Source: a virus (lineage: Duplodnaviria; Caudoviricetes). From it: a stretch of 64,000 nucleotides of DNA. This document shows, in pieces, positions 1-9,811 of this stretch. Location of the stretch: the IMG/VR virus record IMGVR_UViG_3300043959_000228, one strand, 5' to 3'. The notes below the pieces were generated by a model that searched no databases, was not told the DNA's origin, and saw only the letters and a program-made list of their open reading frames with translations. The stretch's first letter is position 1. Each line of letters begins with the position of its first letter. A program made the translations under genes and the position numbers.

Positions 1-10
1 TGATGATATT

Positions 11-247
11 ATGGCCGAATTCGTCATTAACCGACAACTAGCAGATCATTTAGCCACATTATTCTCTAATATTCGTAAATCATTTGACGGTGAACCATTG
101 GATAGAAAACGACAGCCATTCTCGATTGATCGTATTAAGAAGAGTTTTGCCGACACCTGGAAATACGAGCCATTGAAAATCGTATTGACTACCCTATTAG
201 TCGTCATCGTTATAGCCGTCATTGTCTATGGATTTATCGTAGGATAA
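11..247 (+). CDS. small hypothetical protein with C-terminal transmembrane helix
   Basis: 78 aa ORF; hydrophobic C-terminus IVLTTLLVVIVIAVIVYGFIV; followed by AAGGA and the next ATG. Confidence 0.6.
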   Translation: MAEFVINRQLADHLATLFSNIRKSFDGEPLDRKRQPFSIDRIKKSFADTWKYEPLKIVLTTLLVVIVIAVIVYGFIVG

Positions 248-256
248 GGACTGATT

Positions 257-1144
257 ATGGAACATGTAGGATTACCTGATCTTAACGTCATGAAAAGTGC
301 AACGATCTTCGAGGATGACGGACTGCTCAAGATCAGAGTCATCAATATTTTTGATCTGACGACAGAATACGAACATGAGATTGATCTTAAGAATCATAAT
401 GATCTTCATGAAATCATCGATCAAGCATCACATTTACTCGATGGCGCGCCATCCGTGAAAATCAGAAGATTGATGGTTGATGCACCAGTAAAAGACGGTA
501 AGATTCTAAAACCATTATATGGTCAGAGCGCAGATGAAATCTATCTCGACTTCACGATGAAACTCGGTTATAAGAACATTCAGTTGATGTCTACTGATGA
601 CGCTATAGCGATGGCCGCATGGGAGTCTATAGGATCAAACCTCAAGAATGACCCAGTGAGGCAATTACACTGGAGTCAGAAAAGCAGACTCCTATCCTTA
701 CAATCATCATATGATCACGTTGGTCTTAGTCTTATCGAGAATGGACGACTGCTGACAGGATTATCCTTACCATATGACGATTACACGGCGTCGTGGTGTT
801 CTCAATCACGATTACAGAACGCTGACGATACCGATCTTGACTATTATCAATATCGAATCAATGCATTGATGCATGATCATATGACCCAATGGTCTCCGGA
901 CATTATCGTTATGACCATCCCCGGATACACGGCGCGTCAAATGGATCAACTTGAACAGGATCACACTATGATCGTTACTACGCCGGATGATAATGGTTAT
1001 ACACGATCTGACATGATCGCCATAGGATCCGCTCTCATCGAACGTAAAAACACGTTTGGATGGACGCCAAAATTCATTCACGACGCTAATCATGAGGATC
1101 CTGACGAGGACGACGAGCTACTAGAATATGAAATCGACGCGTGA
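257..1144 (+). CDS. degenerate ROK/ASKHA-fold-like protein
   Basis: Segments STDDAIAMAAWE, HVGLSLIENGRLLTG, WSPDIIVM and MIAIGSAL echo ROK motifs in the expected order; acidic tail. Confidence 0.4.
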   Translation: MEHVGLPDLNVMKSATIFEDDGLLKIRVINIFDLTTEYEHEIDLKNHNDLHEIIDQASHLLDGAPSVKIRRLMVDAPVKDGKILKPLYGQSADEIYLDFTMKLGYKNIQLMSTDDAIAMAAWESIGSNLKNDPVRQLHWSQKSRLLSLQSSYDHVGLSLIENGRLLTGLSLPYDDYTASWCSQSRLQNADDTDLDYYQYRINALMHDHMTQWSPDIIVMTIPGYTARQMDQLEQDHTMIVTTPDDNGYTRSDMIAIGSALIERKNTFGWTPKFIHDANHEDPDEDDELLEYEIDA

Positions 1145-1210
1145 CGAGATCATAGAAAACCGCCTCTAACTATATCTTTCTCATAACTAATATTTTTCTG
1201 AGGAGCACGT

Positions 1211-2041
1211 ATGACAATAGAGGCCAGCATCATCATCGCCATTAGCGTAATGATCATCTTCCTATCAGCCTGGATAATTCCTAAAACCCGATTACAGAAA
1301 CTCGTGAATGACGTCCAACAGGATGACGGAACATTCAAACGAGTAGAATCTGCACGATCAATTGATTGGATGAAGGGAACAGCGCTAGGAGATCATTGGT
1401 TGATCTTCAACATCGTATCAGCCTTATCATCGGTCATCATTGCCGTTATCGTAGCGATAAGCCCACTTGGTGCACAGCTCATGAGCAAGGATCATGTCAT
1501 GTGGATGTTCTTCCTTATGACCGCCGCCATGTTTGGGTATCATCTGATATGGTCATCCTCTCTTGATTGGAGATTCCATAAGATACCACGATGGGTCATG
1601 GTCTTCCACATGGCTATCATCCTAGCGGCCTCAATATACGCTACAGTAAACTCAACCAGCTTCCAATGGGTGACACTCTCAGTCATCATCGTATCGATTA
1701 TGTGCTGGTTAATAGGAACTGTTCCAGGATCAGGTATGTCAGACGGAAGATTATACGTCATTATAGCTGCTGGCGCTGTGCCATTCCTATCAACAGCAGC
1801 CATATGGCCAACATTACTAGCTGGCGGATTAGCCGTTGTGAACGCCGTCATCGTCGCGGTGGGCCCAGGAAAAAGACTTGATAGGGGCGATACGAAGAAG
1901 CCAATCATCAATCGTATCATGAAAGCTGGATCACCAATGGGTCCATTCGTCATCGTATCTTTCACCATAGGCCTCATTCTCGTATCATATATGATCTGGG
2001 GATCACCATCAGTATCTATTCTTAATGGATCACTATCATGA
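1211..2041 (+). CDS. A24-family prepilin (class III signal) peptidase-like membrane protein
   Basis: Multi-TM; LDWRFHKIP (first Asp), GMSDGRL (second Asp), C-terminal PMGPF; GAGGAG RBS. Confidence 0.75.
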   Translation: MTIEASIIIAISVMIIFLSAWIIPKTRLQKLVNDVQQDDGTFKRVESARSIDWMKGTALGDHWLIFNIVSALSSVIIAVIVAISPLGAQLMSKDHVMWMFFLMTAAMFGYHLIWSSSLDWRFHKIPRWVMVFHMAIILAASIYATVNSTSFQWVTLSVIIVSIMCWLIGTVPGSGMSDGRLYVIIAAGAVPFLSTAAIWPTLLAGGLAVVNAVIVAVGPGKRLDRGDTKKPIINRIMKAGSPMGPFVIVSFTIGLILVSYMIWGSPSVSILNGSLS

Positions 2042-2222
2042 GAGATCGTATCGAACAACGTGCTGACAGATTATTGAAGGCGGTGATTAACAGTCAAGAA
2101 TCATCGTTCAGCACAATCAATCATGATGAGCAGCAAATGTTGATCATGCTCAGAATTTTAGACGCTTAAACGTTTGGTCAAGAAATAAGGCTCTAAGATT
2201 AGTAAACGATTCATCAGGATGG

Positions 2223-2528
2223 ATGCAGAAACAGGAGGTCTTTCGATTCTTAACACTTGTCGAAGAGCAGCACTGGCAACAGGCTCTGAATCTAGTAGAG
2301 TACTGCGGAACTGCTGATTTATCATTCAATAGTGGTATCCTTAACAGTATCCTATCCAAAGCAGAACGCATGAGGGTGCCACCAGAGTGGATAGCTGATG
2401 AGGAATTACATGATCTGAAACCATTACAGGATGGAGATCAAAAGTCATCAGCGATCAACCTTCCACATCATGCTAAGCCGTCATCAAAGCCATCTACATT
2501 CGTGATTCATAAGGACGCATTGAAGTGA
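2223..2528 (+). CDS. hypothetical protein
   Basis: 101 aa ORF with AGGA upstream; stop overlaps next start (GTGA). Confidence 0.5.
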   Translation: MQKQEVFRFLTLVEEQHWQQALNLVEYCGTADLSFNSGILNSILSKAERMRVPPEWIADEELHDLKPLQDGDQKSSAINLPHHAKPSSKPSTFVIHKDALK

Positions 2529-3304
2529 GCCTACCAAAACGAAGAAACCAATCACACTCGAGCACGGTGCAGGAACATCATCAGACCAGTCTTCCTCTAC
2601 CAATGCCCAAACCGATACCAGAGCGAGCATTACCAGAACCGTCGATAAGTTTGCCAATGCCAACACCAGATTATCAAGTAACGAATCCTGGTCATGACGA
2701 ACCGGCGAATGATCAATCATCGAATCATTGTGAGGCACCTTCCAATTATAATCAGGTATCGCCAGAATCGTCTCCAGAACATCATCTTTCATCATCTGAG
2801 AATAGTCAGCTTCATGTATTAGACGGATTACCTACGACGCGTTACAATAGCAAACGACAGGAAGAGCGACCTGTAGCTCCAGCACATAGGCCATTCCATT
2901 ATCCAGGATGGGATGGCCCAGGATATCCCAAGGGTCTTGGTCATGGTCCTATTGTCTGGAGATACGACAATAAGAAGAATAAAATGATGAAGATCGAGGG
3001 CATGTCTTACGAAAGTCTTAAAAAGATAGGTTCATCGGAACGATCGGCTTGGCAGAAAATGCTTGATGAGCAACCATATGATGCGGCCGGGCAGTTACGT
3101 ATCATGAGAAGAGGAGTCAGTGGTACACAATTAATCGTTGAATGGAATTCAGATCAGGCGGCTTTGATCTATCAACGCGATATGAACCAACGCGCATCAG
3201 GTCTTAATGATAGCAGCATTGATGTATCATATACGCATAGACCCCGTGTTGATGATAGGGATTCCGATGATAAGATGATGTGGCCATCTCCGAACAAGAA
3301 ATAG
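2525..3304 (+). CDS. hypothetical protein, Pro-rich disordered N-terminus
   Basis: 259 aa ORF coupled to the upstream ORF; SLPLPMP and SLPMP motifs. Confidence 0.55.
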   Translation: MSLPKRRNQSHSSTVQEHHQTSLPLPMPKPIPERALPEPSISLPMPTPDYQVTNPGHDEPANDQSSNHCEAPSNYNQVSPESSPEHHLSSSENSQLHVLDGLPTTRYNSKRQEERPVAPAHRPFHYPGWDGPGYPKGLGHGPIVWRYDNKKNKMMKIEGMSYESLKKIGSSERSAWQKMLDEQPYDAAGQLRIMRRGVSGTQLIVEWNSDQAALIYQRDMNQRASGLNDSSIDVSYTHRPRVDDRDSDDKMMWPSPNKK

Positions 3305-3330
3305 TCATAATCGCATATTAACAAGATTCA

Positions 3331-3431
3331 TTAGATCTAGTTAGGCTCAGAACATGAGTAAAGATTCATGTTCTGAGCCTATTCAGATTGGAACTGGCTG
3401 TAAAAACCTTCAGATGATACGTTATACTAGA
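3331..3431 (+). repeat. dispersed 101-bp repeat, copy 1, containing a 16-bp hairpin (3342-3381)
   Basis: Matches the reverse complement of 32974-33074 with 10 mismatches in 101 by manual alignment; stem TAGGCTCAGAACATGA / TCATGTTCTGAGCCTA. Confidence 0.9.
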
Positions 3432-3510
3432 TGAGACGAGAATCAGGATTAGACGCGAGATCTATCAATAACGGTATAATGCATTATATGATAATAGGGA
3501 GACGATATTG

Positions 3511-4449
3511 ATGAGTAAGGAAGCTGTCCTAATAGTTGATGGCAATAATATCGCATGGAGAGCCGCGGCTGTTATTGAGCGTGATCGTTTTAAGGATGAG
3601 GGTGATCATCTGAGTCTAGGTCTACTTGATGTTATGCTGAATAAGAGAATGCGAGAGATGCAAGAACGTGATGGATATAGCGTTGTGGTGCCTATGGTTG
3701 CTTTTGACGCTGGCAAGCAGGATATCAATAATGACGCTAAAATCAATCGATTCACCTATTATCAGCAGTATAAGGCCAACAGAAAAGACACGGGAGAAGA
3801 TCCGGAGAAGACCGAATTCAATGCATTGAGAGAACAGTGGAAGGATCGTTGGCGTGATCAACTGCTAGATCAAGGCATAGCCGTAGTAGAGCATCCATGC
3901 GTTGAAGGTGATGATATTTTATCATACGGATCCCATCTTATCGCGCATCGTACTGACGCTAATGTTGATGTTGCCCTATGGACCGTCGACAAGGATTTGA
4001 TGCAATGCGTCAATGATGATGAGAGTCATCGAGTGATTATGTATCGTAAACGCTTCTCTAAAGATCCCGTGACTGGTCGCAAAACATCAGAGGAACGTAT
4101 GGTTAACGGAACTGAGGTCATGAATGAGAAGGGTGTCCCTCCAGAAAAAGTCAGGATGCAATTAGCTCTTGCCGGTGATTCAGCTGACGATTACAAGGGC
4201 GTTAAAGGATATGGAGGCGTCAGAGGAGTGAAACTAGTAAATGTGTCACAGAACATTGACGATCTAAGAGCACGACTTTGTGCAGATCTACAAGCTAAGA
4301 AGACGCCACCATCAGACGATGAGTTAGCGTCATATGTATCAGACTTAGATCGTAATTGGACGTTAGCCGGCTGTGGCCGTGATTGGATGCCGACATCGGC
4401 TATTACTGGCGTCGAATTAGGTGTTCATCACGTACTTAATCAGCTATGA
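3511..4449 (+). CDS. 5'-3' exonuclease / flap endonuclease (Pol I N-terminal, T4 RNase H-like)
   Basis: LIVDGNNIAWRA, YKANR, EGDD, DKDL and LAGDSADDYKGVKGYG motifs. Confidence 0.9.
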   Translation: MSKEAVLIVDGNNIAWRAAAVIERDRFKDEGDHLSLGLLDVMLNKRMREMQERDGYSVVVPMVAFDAGKQDINNDAKINRFTYYQQYKANRKDTGEDPEKTEFNALREQWKDRWRDQLLDQGIAVVEHPCVEGDDILSYGSHLIAHRTDANVDVALWTVDKDLMQCVNDDESHRVIMYRKRFSKDPVTGRKTSEERMVNGTEVMNEKGVPPEKVRMQLALAGDSADDYKGVKGYGGVRGVKLVNVSQNIDDLRARLCADLQAKKTPPSDDELASYVSDLDRNWTLAGCGRDWMPTSAITGVELGVHHVLNQL

Positions 4450-4522
4450 CATTCGGTTCTTTGACATATATGATATAATGATTATATATGATGCTAAATT
4501 ATTCTAAGGATTGGTGGATATT

Positions 4523-5860
4523 ATGACTGATGCCGTACAATCGGCTTCTGAGGACACATTCGACGACTCAGTACTAAATGGTGTTACAGAACCGTCTCAA
4601 TCTCAAAGTCAGGAGGCCGTCAAATCAAAGGTTAACGATGCTGATAATGACCTTCTCGTGACGACTACGAATGATACTCAGATGTCTATGTCCTTTTACA
4701 ATGCGCTTAGTCCTAAAACTCGGGCTATTCTTGACCAAGAGGCTGCAAAGAGTTTCTCAGCGTTCATGGATAGCGACGATAAAATTGTTGATTTTGGCAA
4801 GGATTCCGTCGAGGGTTTGAATAACGTCGTACGACAGCTTCTTGAGAATCAAAAGAAGATGCACATACCAGAAATTGATAGTCTACTAACCGAGGCTAAT
4901 AGAGCTATTGATGGATACGCGGCTAAATATAAAGACCAGATTGTTGATAAGAAGCCGAGTAAGATCGTTGTGTGGTTCAAATCGAAGAAACGACAACTTG
5001 AGGACATGAATTATGACCGTAAGGACGTTCTCACGAAGATTGATAAACTCGATGGTAAGATCATGGGTAAACGTGAGGATCTTAAAGAGTCGACAATCTA
5101 TATTAAGCGTCTGCTGGTAGCGAATAAGGAAGCTATGAACAAGATGGTTGGCGTTCTAGCGGCATTGGAGGCCATTCACCTTCTAGCTCAGCAGAAAGCT
5201 ATCGAGAAAAGGGCGCTTCTCGAAAAGACCAATAAGGATACGCCTCAATGGCAGGACATCCAGGATGATTTGGCAAGGATTTCCGAGGTGAGTAACGCGG
5301 TCGAACAGCAACATTCGAATTATATGTCACGATCAGCTGTTGCTAGGTTCACTAATAGTCAGGTCCGTAATCTGATTCGCACATCGTCTAATGTCATTAT
5401 GAATATGAACGTGGTGCATCAATACACGATTCCATTGATGCAACAGTCGATCGCCCAGATTGGCTACGCGGATACGCTGAACAACGCTAGTGAAGCTAGT
5501 GAAGCCGTCAAGGATGCGAATGAACACTCCTTGAATATCCTTGCGAATTTCAATTCTAAGGTTCTTCCTGGTATCGAATTACAAGCACAGAAGCCTGTTA
5601 TCTCTGCTGACGCTATCAATAAGCTGTCTGATTCAGCTGTAGCCGGTAATGCGAATGTCGTTGAGGCGATTCGAAGAGGGCGTGAAGCTAGAATCGAACT
5701 GGAGAAAGCTGTTGAATCAGCTAATGCTAAGATCCAAGAATCCGATATGCTGCGAGATCAGGAGCTTGTCAAGGCTTTACTGAATGAGAAACAAGCTGAC
5801 GATCAGGCTGTGGACAGATTCGATCAGATTGCTTCAGATGCATATCATAGCGCTAAGTAG
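4523..5860 (+). CDS. TelA-family toxic anion resistance protein
   Basis: All-helical coiled-coil protein with TelA-like pattern (IVDFGKDS, TIPLMQQSIAQ); start uncertain (4511/4514/4523). Confidence 0.65.
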   Translation: MTDAVQSASEDTFDDSVLNGVTEPSQSQSQEAVKSKVNDADNDLLVTTTNDTQMSMSFYNALSPKTRAILDQEAAKSFSAFMDSDDKIVDFGKDSVEGLNNVVRQLLENQKKMHIPEIDSLLTEANRAIDGYAAKYKDQIVDKKPSKIVVWFKSKKRQLEDMNYDRKDVLTKIDKLDGKIMGKREDLKESTIYIKRLLVANKEAMNKMVGVLAALEAIHLLAQQKAIEKRALLEKTNKDTPQWQDIQDDLARISEVSNAVEQQHSNYMSRSAVARFTNSQVRNLIRTSSNVIMNMNVVHQYTIPLMQQSIAQIGYADTLNNASEASEAVKDANEHSLNILANFNSKVLPGIELQAQKPVISADAINKLSDSAVAGNANVVEAIRRGREARIELEKAVESANAKIQESDMLRDQELVKALLNEKQADDQAVDRFDQIASDAYHSAK

Positions 5861-5905
5861 TAAAATAGCTTTAACCATCATCAACATTATAGGAGGATAT
5901 GACAA

Positions 5906-6283
5906 ATGAGTAGAATTGATTATGGCGCATTAGCGTCAAAAGCGGCGAATAGTCTCGGTAAGGTGACGCGTAAGATTGTGGATACTGGCGTCTCTTTAGT
6001 TGATCCAGAAAATCTTAAGGCTGTTGGAGAGGGCGTTAAGAACGTCGCAGGCTCTGTAGCTGAGGGATGGAAGACTGCGGGCGAGGAGTCGAACACCAAG
6101 GATCCCCTGGTTAGTGTCTCTGAGGCCGCTAAGACCGCAGGAGAAGCCATCAAAACGAAAGTCAACGACGTGAAGAAGGGCTTCGAACAGCCTGAGGACA
6201 CTACTGAGCAAGCTGATGCCACCTCCGAGGATAAGCCGGCTGACCCATCAGTTAATGTTCACGATGATCTCCCAGATGTGTGA
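5906..6283 (+). CDS. hypothetical Ala/Lys-rich amphipathic protein
   Basis: 125 aa ORF with AGGAGG RBS. Confidence 0.6.
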   Translation: MSRIDYGALASKAANSLGKVTRKIVDTGVSLVDPENLKAVGEGVKNVAGSVAEGWKTAGEESNTKDPLVSVSEAAKTAGEAIKTKVNDVKKGFEQPEDTTEQADATSEDKPADPSVNVHDDLPDV

Positions 6284-6304
6284 TCCTCGCATCTAACACG
6301 TAGT

Positions 6305-6342
6305 AGAATATGGCCCAAATCATGTGATTTGGGCCATATTCT
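6305..6342. terminator. perfect 18-bp inverted repeat, likely terminator
   Basis: AGAATATGGCCCAAATCA-tg-TGATTTGGGCCATATTCT directly downstream of 5906..6283. Confidence 0.7.
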
Positions 6343-6408
6343 TATGACAAGACGGTATTATGTCTAATGTTGTAGTATATACATAAGAAACGTAACTGGA
6401 GGTCATAC

Positions 6409-7596
6409 ATGGCTAGAATTAAGAAATCTGAAACACCTACTTCTACTAATGACGTCGACGCGCCAACTGTTGAAGCGTCAAGATTGAAAGCCATTGCTAA
6501 AGCAACGAACGGCATTAATGATAAGTATGGAGAGATGTCCGCGTTCTTCCTAGGAAGCAATCCTAGAGTTGAAGTCAAACGAGTCAGCACCGGATCCCTG
6601 GCGCTTGATTATGTCATTGGTGGCGGTGTGGCTAATGGTCGTATCCATGAGTTCTTCGGACCAGAAGGATCCGGTAAGACATCAGCGGCCCTACAGACTG
6701 TTGGCAATGTGCAGAAAGAAGGCGGTGTCGCCGTTTATGTTGATGTGGAGCACGCTATGGATCCTAAGCAAGCTCATCGTTTAGGTGTTGATATTAATAA
6801 GCTGATTTTCAGTCAGCCAAATAGTGCTGAACAGGCCTTGAATATCATGGCCACCTATATCAAGGCCGGTGTTGACATTATCGTGTTGGACTCGATTGCA
6901 TCCCTCGTTCCACAGGCTGTTATGGATGGAGAAGCCGAGGATCAAACCGTGGCGTTAGTGGCGAGGCTCATGAGTAAGAGCCTATCGAAGATTGCTACCC
7001 TAGCTGGAGAATCTGGCACTAAGGTCATCTTCATCAATCAGGTACGAGCGGCTATCGGTGGATATGGCAATCCAGAGACAACAACAGGTGGAAAAGCTCT
7101 CCCCTTCTATTCGTCTATCCGAGTACGAATCAGTAAGGGCCAGCAGATTAAGAAGAAGGTCCGTGGAGAGGAACGTCCTATTGGTCAGAAGGTTTTCTTC
7201 CGATGCAAGAAGAACAAGGTGTCCACGCCATTCCTCAATGCTGAATCAGAATTCTACTGGAAGGATGGCTATAACACACCATACGATATTGTCACGTTCG
7301 GTAAGAAGTACGGTGTCTTCAATTCTACCTGCTCAAAGGATCTTACCGAGAATCCTGAGGGTGAACAGATCATGTGGAATGGACAGAAGGTCACCAAGAC
7401 AGATATGCTCGCAGATGCTATTCGTGATAAGTCTTCAGGTCTCGAGGAAAAGTATTATCCCATCGTCTTGAAGCGTATGCTTGAGGATCAGAATTTCGAT
7501 GATGATGACGATGATGACGCCACGAAGGACGAGAACGAGGAAGCCTCACAGGACGTTGCGATATCTGAGGACGCTATTGAGGATGTAGTTGATTAA
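6409..7596 (+). CDS. recA: recombinase RecA
   Basis: STGSLALD, GPEGSGKT Walker A, DVEHAMDP, IVLDSIASL, FINQVR, ETTTGGKALPFYSSIR; GGAGG RBS; acidic tail. Confidence 0.97.
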   Translation: MARIKKSETPTSTNDVDAPTVEASRLKAIAKATNGINDKYGEMSAFFLGSNPRVEVKRVSTGSLALDYVIGGGVANGRIHEFFGPEGSGKTSAALQTVGNVQKEGGVAVYVDVEHAMDPKQAHRLGVDINKLIFSQPNSAEQALNIMATYIKAGVDIIVLDSIASLVPQAVMDGEAEDQTVALVARLMSKSLSKIATLAGESGTKVIFINQVRAAIGGYGNPETTTGGKALPFYSSIRVRISKGQQIKKKVRGEERPIGQKVFFRCKKNKVSTPFLNAESEFYWKDGYNTPYDIVTFGKKYGVFNSTCSKDLTENPEGEQIMWNGQKVTKTDMLADAIRDKSSGLEEKYYPIVLKRMLEDQNFDDDDDDDATKDENEEASQDVAISEDAIEDVVD

Positions 7597-7617
7597 CGCT
7601 TTTTTCATGTAGTGTGA

Positions 7618-7648
7618 AATGGCTCTACCCATTATGAGTAGAGCCATT
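7618..7648. terminator. hairpin downstream of recA
   Basis: AATGGCTCTAC...GTAGAGCCATT inverted repeat. Confidence 0.6.
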
Positions 7649-7691
7649 GTCATATATGAAACCAATAATCAAATATGGTATAATATCTATT

Positions 7692-9800
7692 ATGGGCAAA
7701 AGAGTGAATTTCGATGAAGCTAAGCGCATTATCAAAGAACGAATTAATCTTGTATCATTCTTTGAGGAAAAAGGATATGACTTACGAGCCTCTGGATCGT
7801 CGAGATATGTGACGCTATGTCCATTCCATCAGGAGAAAACGCCATCATTCAGTATCAGTGAGACGAGAAACAATTGGAAATGCTATGGCTGTGGTAAGAG
7901 CGGCGATGTCTTCACCTATCTCATGGACAAGGAGGGATTGACTTTCCCGGAGGCTATCGAGCAATTAGCCGAGCAATTAGGATTAGACATTGCCAGGGAC
8001 GATAAGGCCGCGGAGGAGAGCAAGCAACGATCAAGGTTGATGCGGATTCTTGCAGACACCTGGTCATGGTTCCGCGCACAATATGATCAACTACCAGAGG
8101 ATCATATCGTGAAGGCCCATGAGATTAGAGAGAAGCGTGGCATTAGCTCGGACGCGAAAGACAATCATATGCTTTTCGGATGGGCTCCTGAGAATGGACA
8201 TCTTCTGCTCAACTATCTACAGGGTGAGAAGTACAGTCTTGAGGACATTTTGGCCGCTGGCGTCATCGACAAGTCTGACCGAGATGGATCGTTATATTGT
8301 CCATGGCGTGGTCGATTGATGTTCCCGGTATGTGATGTTCTAGGTAAGCCATTAGGATTCGTCGGTCGACAGGTCTTCTATAAGCCAGACGAGAAGATCA
8401 AGCGTAAATACATTAACAGTAAGGAGAATGACGTCTATCATAAGCGAGACTTGCTCTTCTGTCAGTCTATAGCGAGGGAGCAAGCTCGAAGAGATCATGA
8501 GTTGTTCGTCGTTGAGGGTCAATTTGATGTCATAGCCATGCAGCATGCTGGCCATGATAATACGGTAGCGTCATCAGGCACAGCTTTAACCGAACAGCAA
8601 GCGCAATCCATGCGACGAATGGTCGGTGCTGATGGTAAAGTCATCTTCATGTTTGATGCTGATGCAGCTGGTCAGAAAGCCGCGTTACGAACATTAGCCT
8701 TACTGGGTCCTATCCAGGCTCAATCATACGCTAGTATTACCGAGGGTAAGGACCCGTCCGATATGTATAAGGATGAGGGGAAAGAAGGCCTCGATCGACA
8801 GGCTCATCAGTACATCGAACTGTGGAGGCACGTGGTCATTCATCTTGCTCAGAATTACGATTTGACAAGACCAGATCAACGTCAAGCATTCCTAGCCACG
8901 TTTAAAGATTCAGTATGGACTCATCTGAATGATGCGAACATCAGTGAACAGGCCGCACGATTAGCCGCTCTGCTATCTGGCATGTCATATTCATCATTAA
9001 TTCAACAGTTAGGCAATAGACAACACGATACCGTTGAACCAAATCGCGACATCATCGTAACCGATCTTTCTCATGATCAGGATCTATCGTCAAATCCTCC
9101 GGCCGCCGCTCTCCTAGCCAATACACTAGAGCATCCTGAATTACGAATCATCCTATCGAAAGTCAGAATGAGTGGATTAGATGAACAAATGAGGACCATC
9201 ATTCTTGAATCAGGTGACAAGAAAATCGTAGCAGAATCATATGACAAGGACTTACACGATTATATTAATCGTTTAGACAGAATCATTGATAAGATGCATG
9301 AGATGGAAAGAGCTGCTCCTATCTTAACCGATCCTTCACAACTCGCCGCACAACAGACACAGGCTCTTCTCAAGGAGAGGATGCAACAACGTAAGGAGAG
9401 CGTCATTGCAAAGAACACGGCGGCGGGTCAAAGTATGAATGCAAGCATTGCAAGAACATATGATGACACCATCCGTCAAGCTATGAGCCATATTGAAGAT
9501 GTCTATCATAAGAACCTTGAAACAGCGAATGAACTCATATCGAAGATCGCTGACGAGCATCAATACAGCCAGCAATTGCGTAAAACGAATGACGATGATT
9601 ATAAGGACATCAAACCACGTCCATACGTCATTCAATTACAGGATGAGATGAAACGTCGTAGGGAAGTTCATATCACGGAATCAATTGATGTCAACGAACC
9701 GGTATTCTCAACCACACCAATGTATAATCATGATACGCCATTCTACGATCCGTCAGACTATGATGATCGTCATGAGGACTGGGCTCCAGACGAGGAGTAA
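7692..9800 (+). CDS. dnaG: DNA primase
   Basis: CHC2 zinc finger CPFHQEKTPSF...CYGC; KYINS; TOPRIM VEGQFD and FDADAAG; ATG 7692 lies 7 nt after TATAAT (leaderless). Confidence 0.95.
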   Translation: MGKRVNFDEAKRIIKERINLVSFFEEKGYDLRASGSSRYVTLCPFHQEKTPSFSISETRNNWKCYGCGKSGDVFTYLMDKEGLTFPEAIEQLAEQLGLDIARDDKAAEESKQRSRLMRILADTWSWFRAQYDQLPEDHIVKAHEIREKRGISSDAKDNHMLFGWAPENGHLLLNYLQGEKYSLEDILAAGVIDKSDRDGSLYCPWRGRLMFPVCDVLGKPLGFVGRQVFYKPDEKIKRKYINSKENDVYHKRDLLFCQSIAREQARRDHELFVVEGQFDVIAMQHAGHDNTVASSGTALTEQQAQSMRRMVGADGKVIFMFDADAAGQKAALRTLALLGPIQAQSYASITEGKDPSDMYKDEGKEGLDRQAHQYIELWRHVVIHLAQNYDLTRPDQRQAFLATFKDSVWTHLNDANISEQAARLAALLSGMSYSSLIQQLGNRQHDTVEPNRDIIVTDLSHDQDLSSNPPAAALLANTLEHPELRIILSKVRMSGLDEQMRTIILESGDKKIVAESYDKDLHDYINRLDRIIDKMHEMERAAPILTDPSQLAAQQTQALLKERMQQRKESVIAKNTAAGQSMNASIARTYDDTIRQAMSHIEDVYHKNLETANELISKIADEHQYSQQLRKTNDDDYKDIKPRPYVIQLQDEMKRRREVHITESIDVNEPVFSTTPMYNHDTPFYDPSDYDDRHEDWAPDEE

Positions 9801-9811
9801 TAAGAATACGA

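Noticed and set aside
6343-6408. LexA/SOS box upstream of recA
   Set aside because: No GAAC-N4-GTTC palindrome was found.
6409-9800. Inteins in RecA or DnaG
   Set aside because: Conserved motifs are contiguous, and the extra length is in the C-terminal tails.
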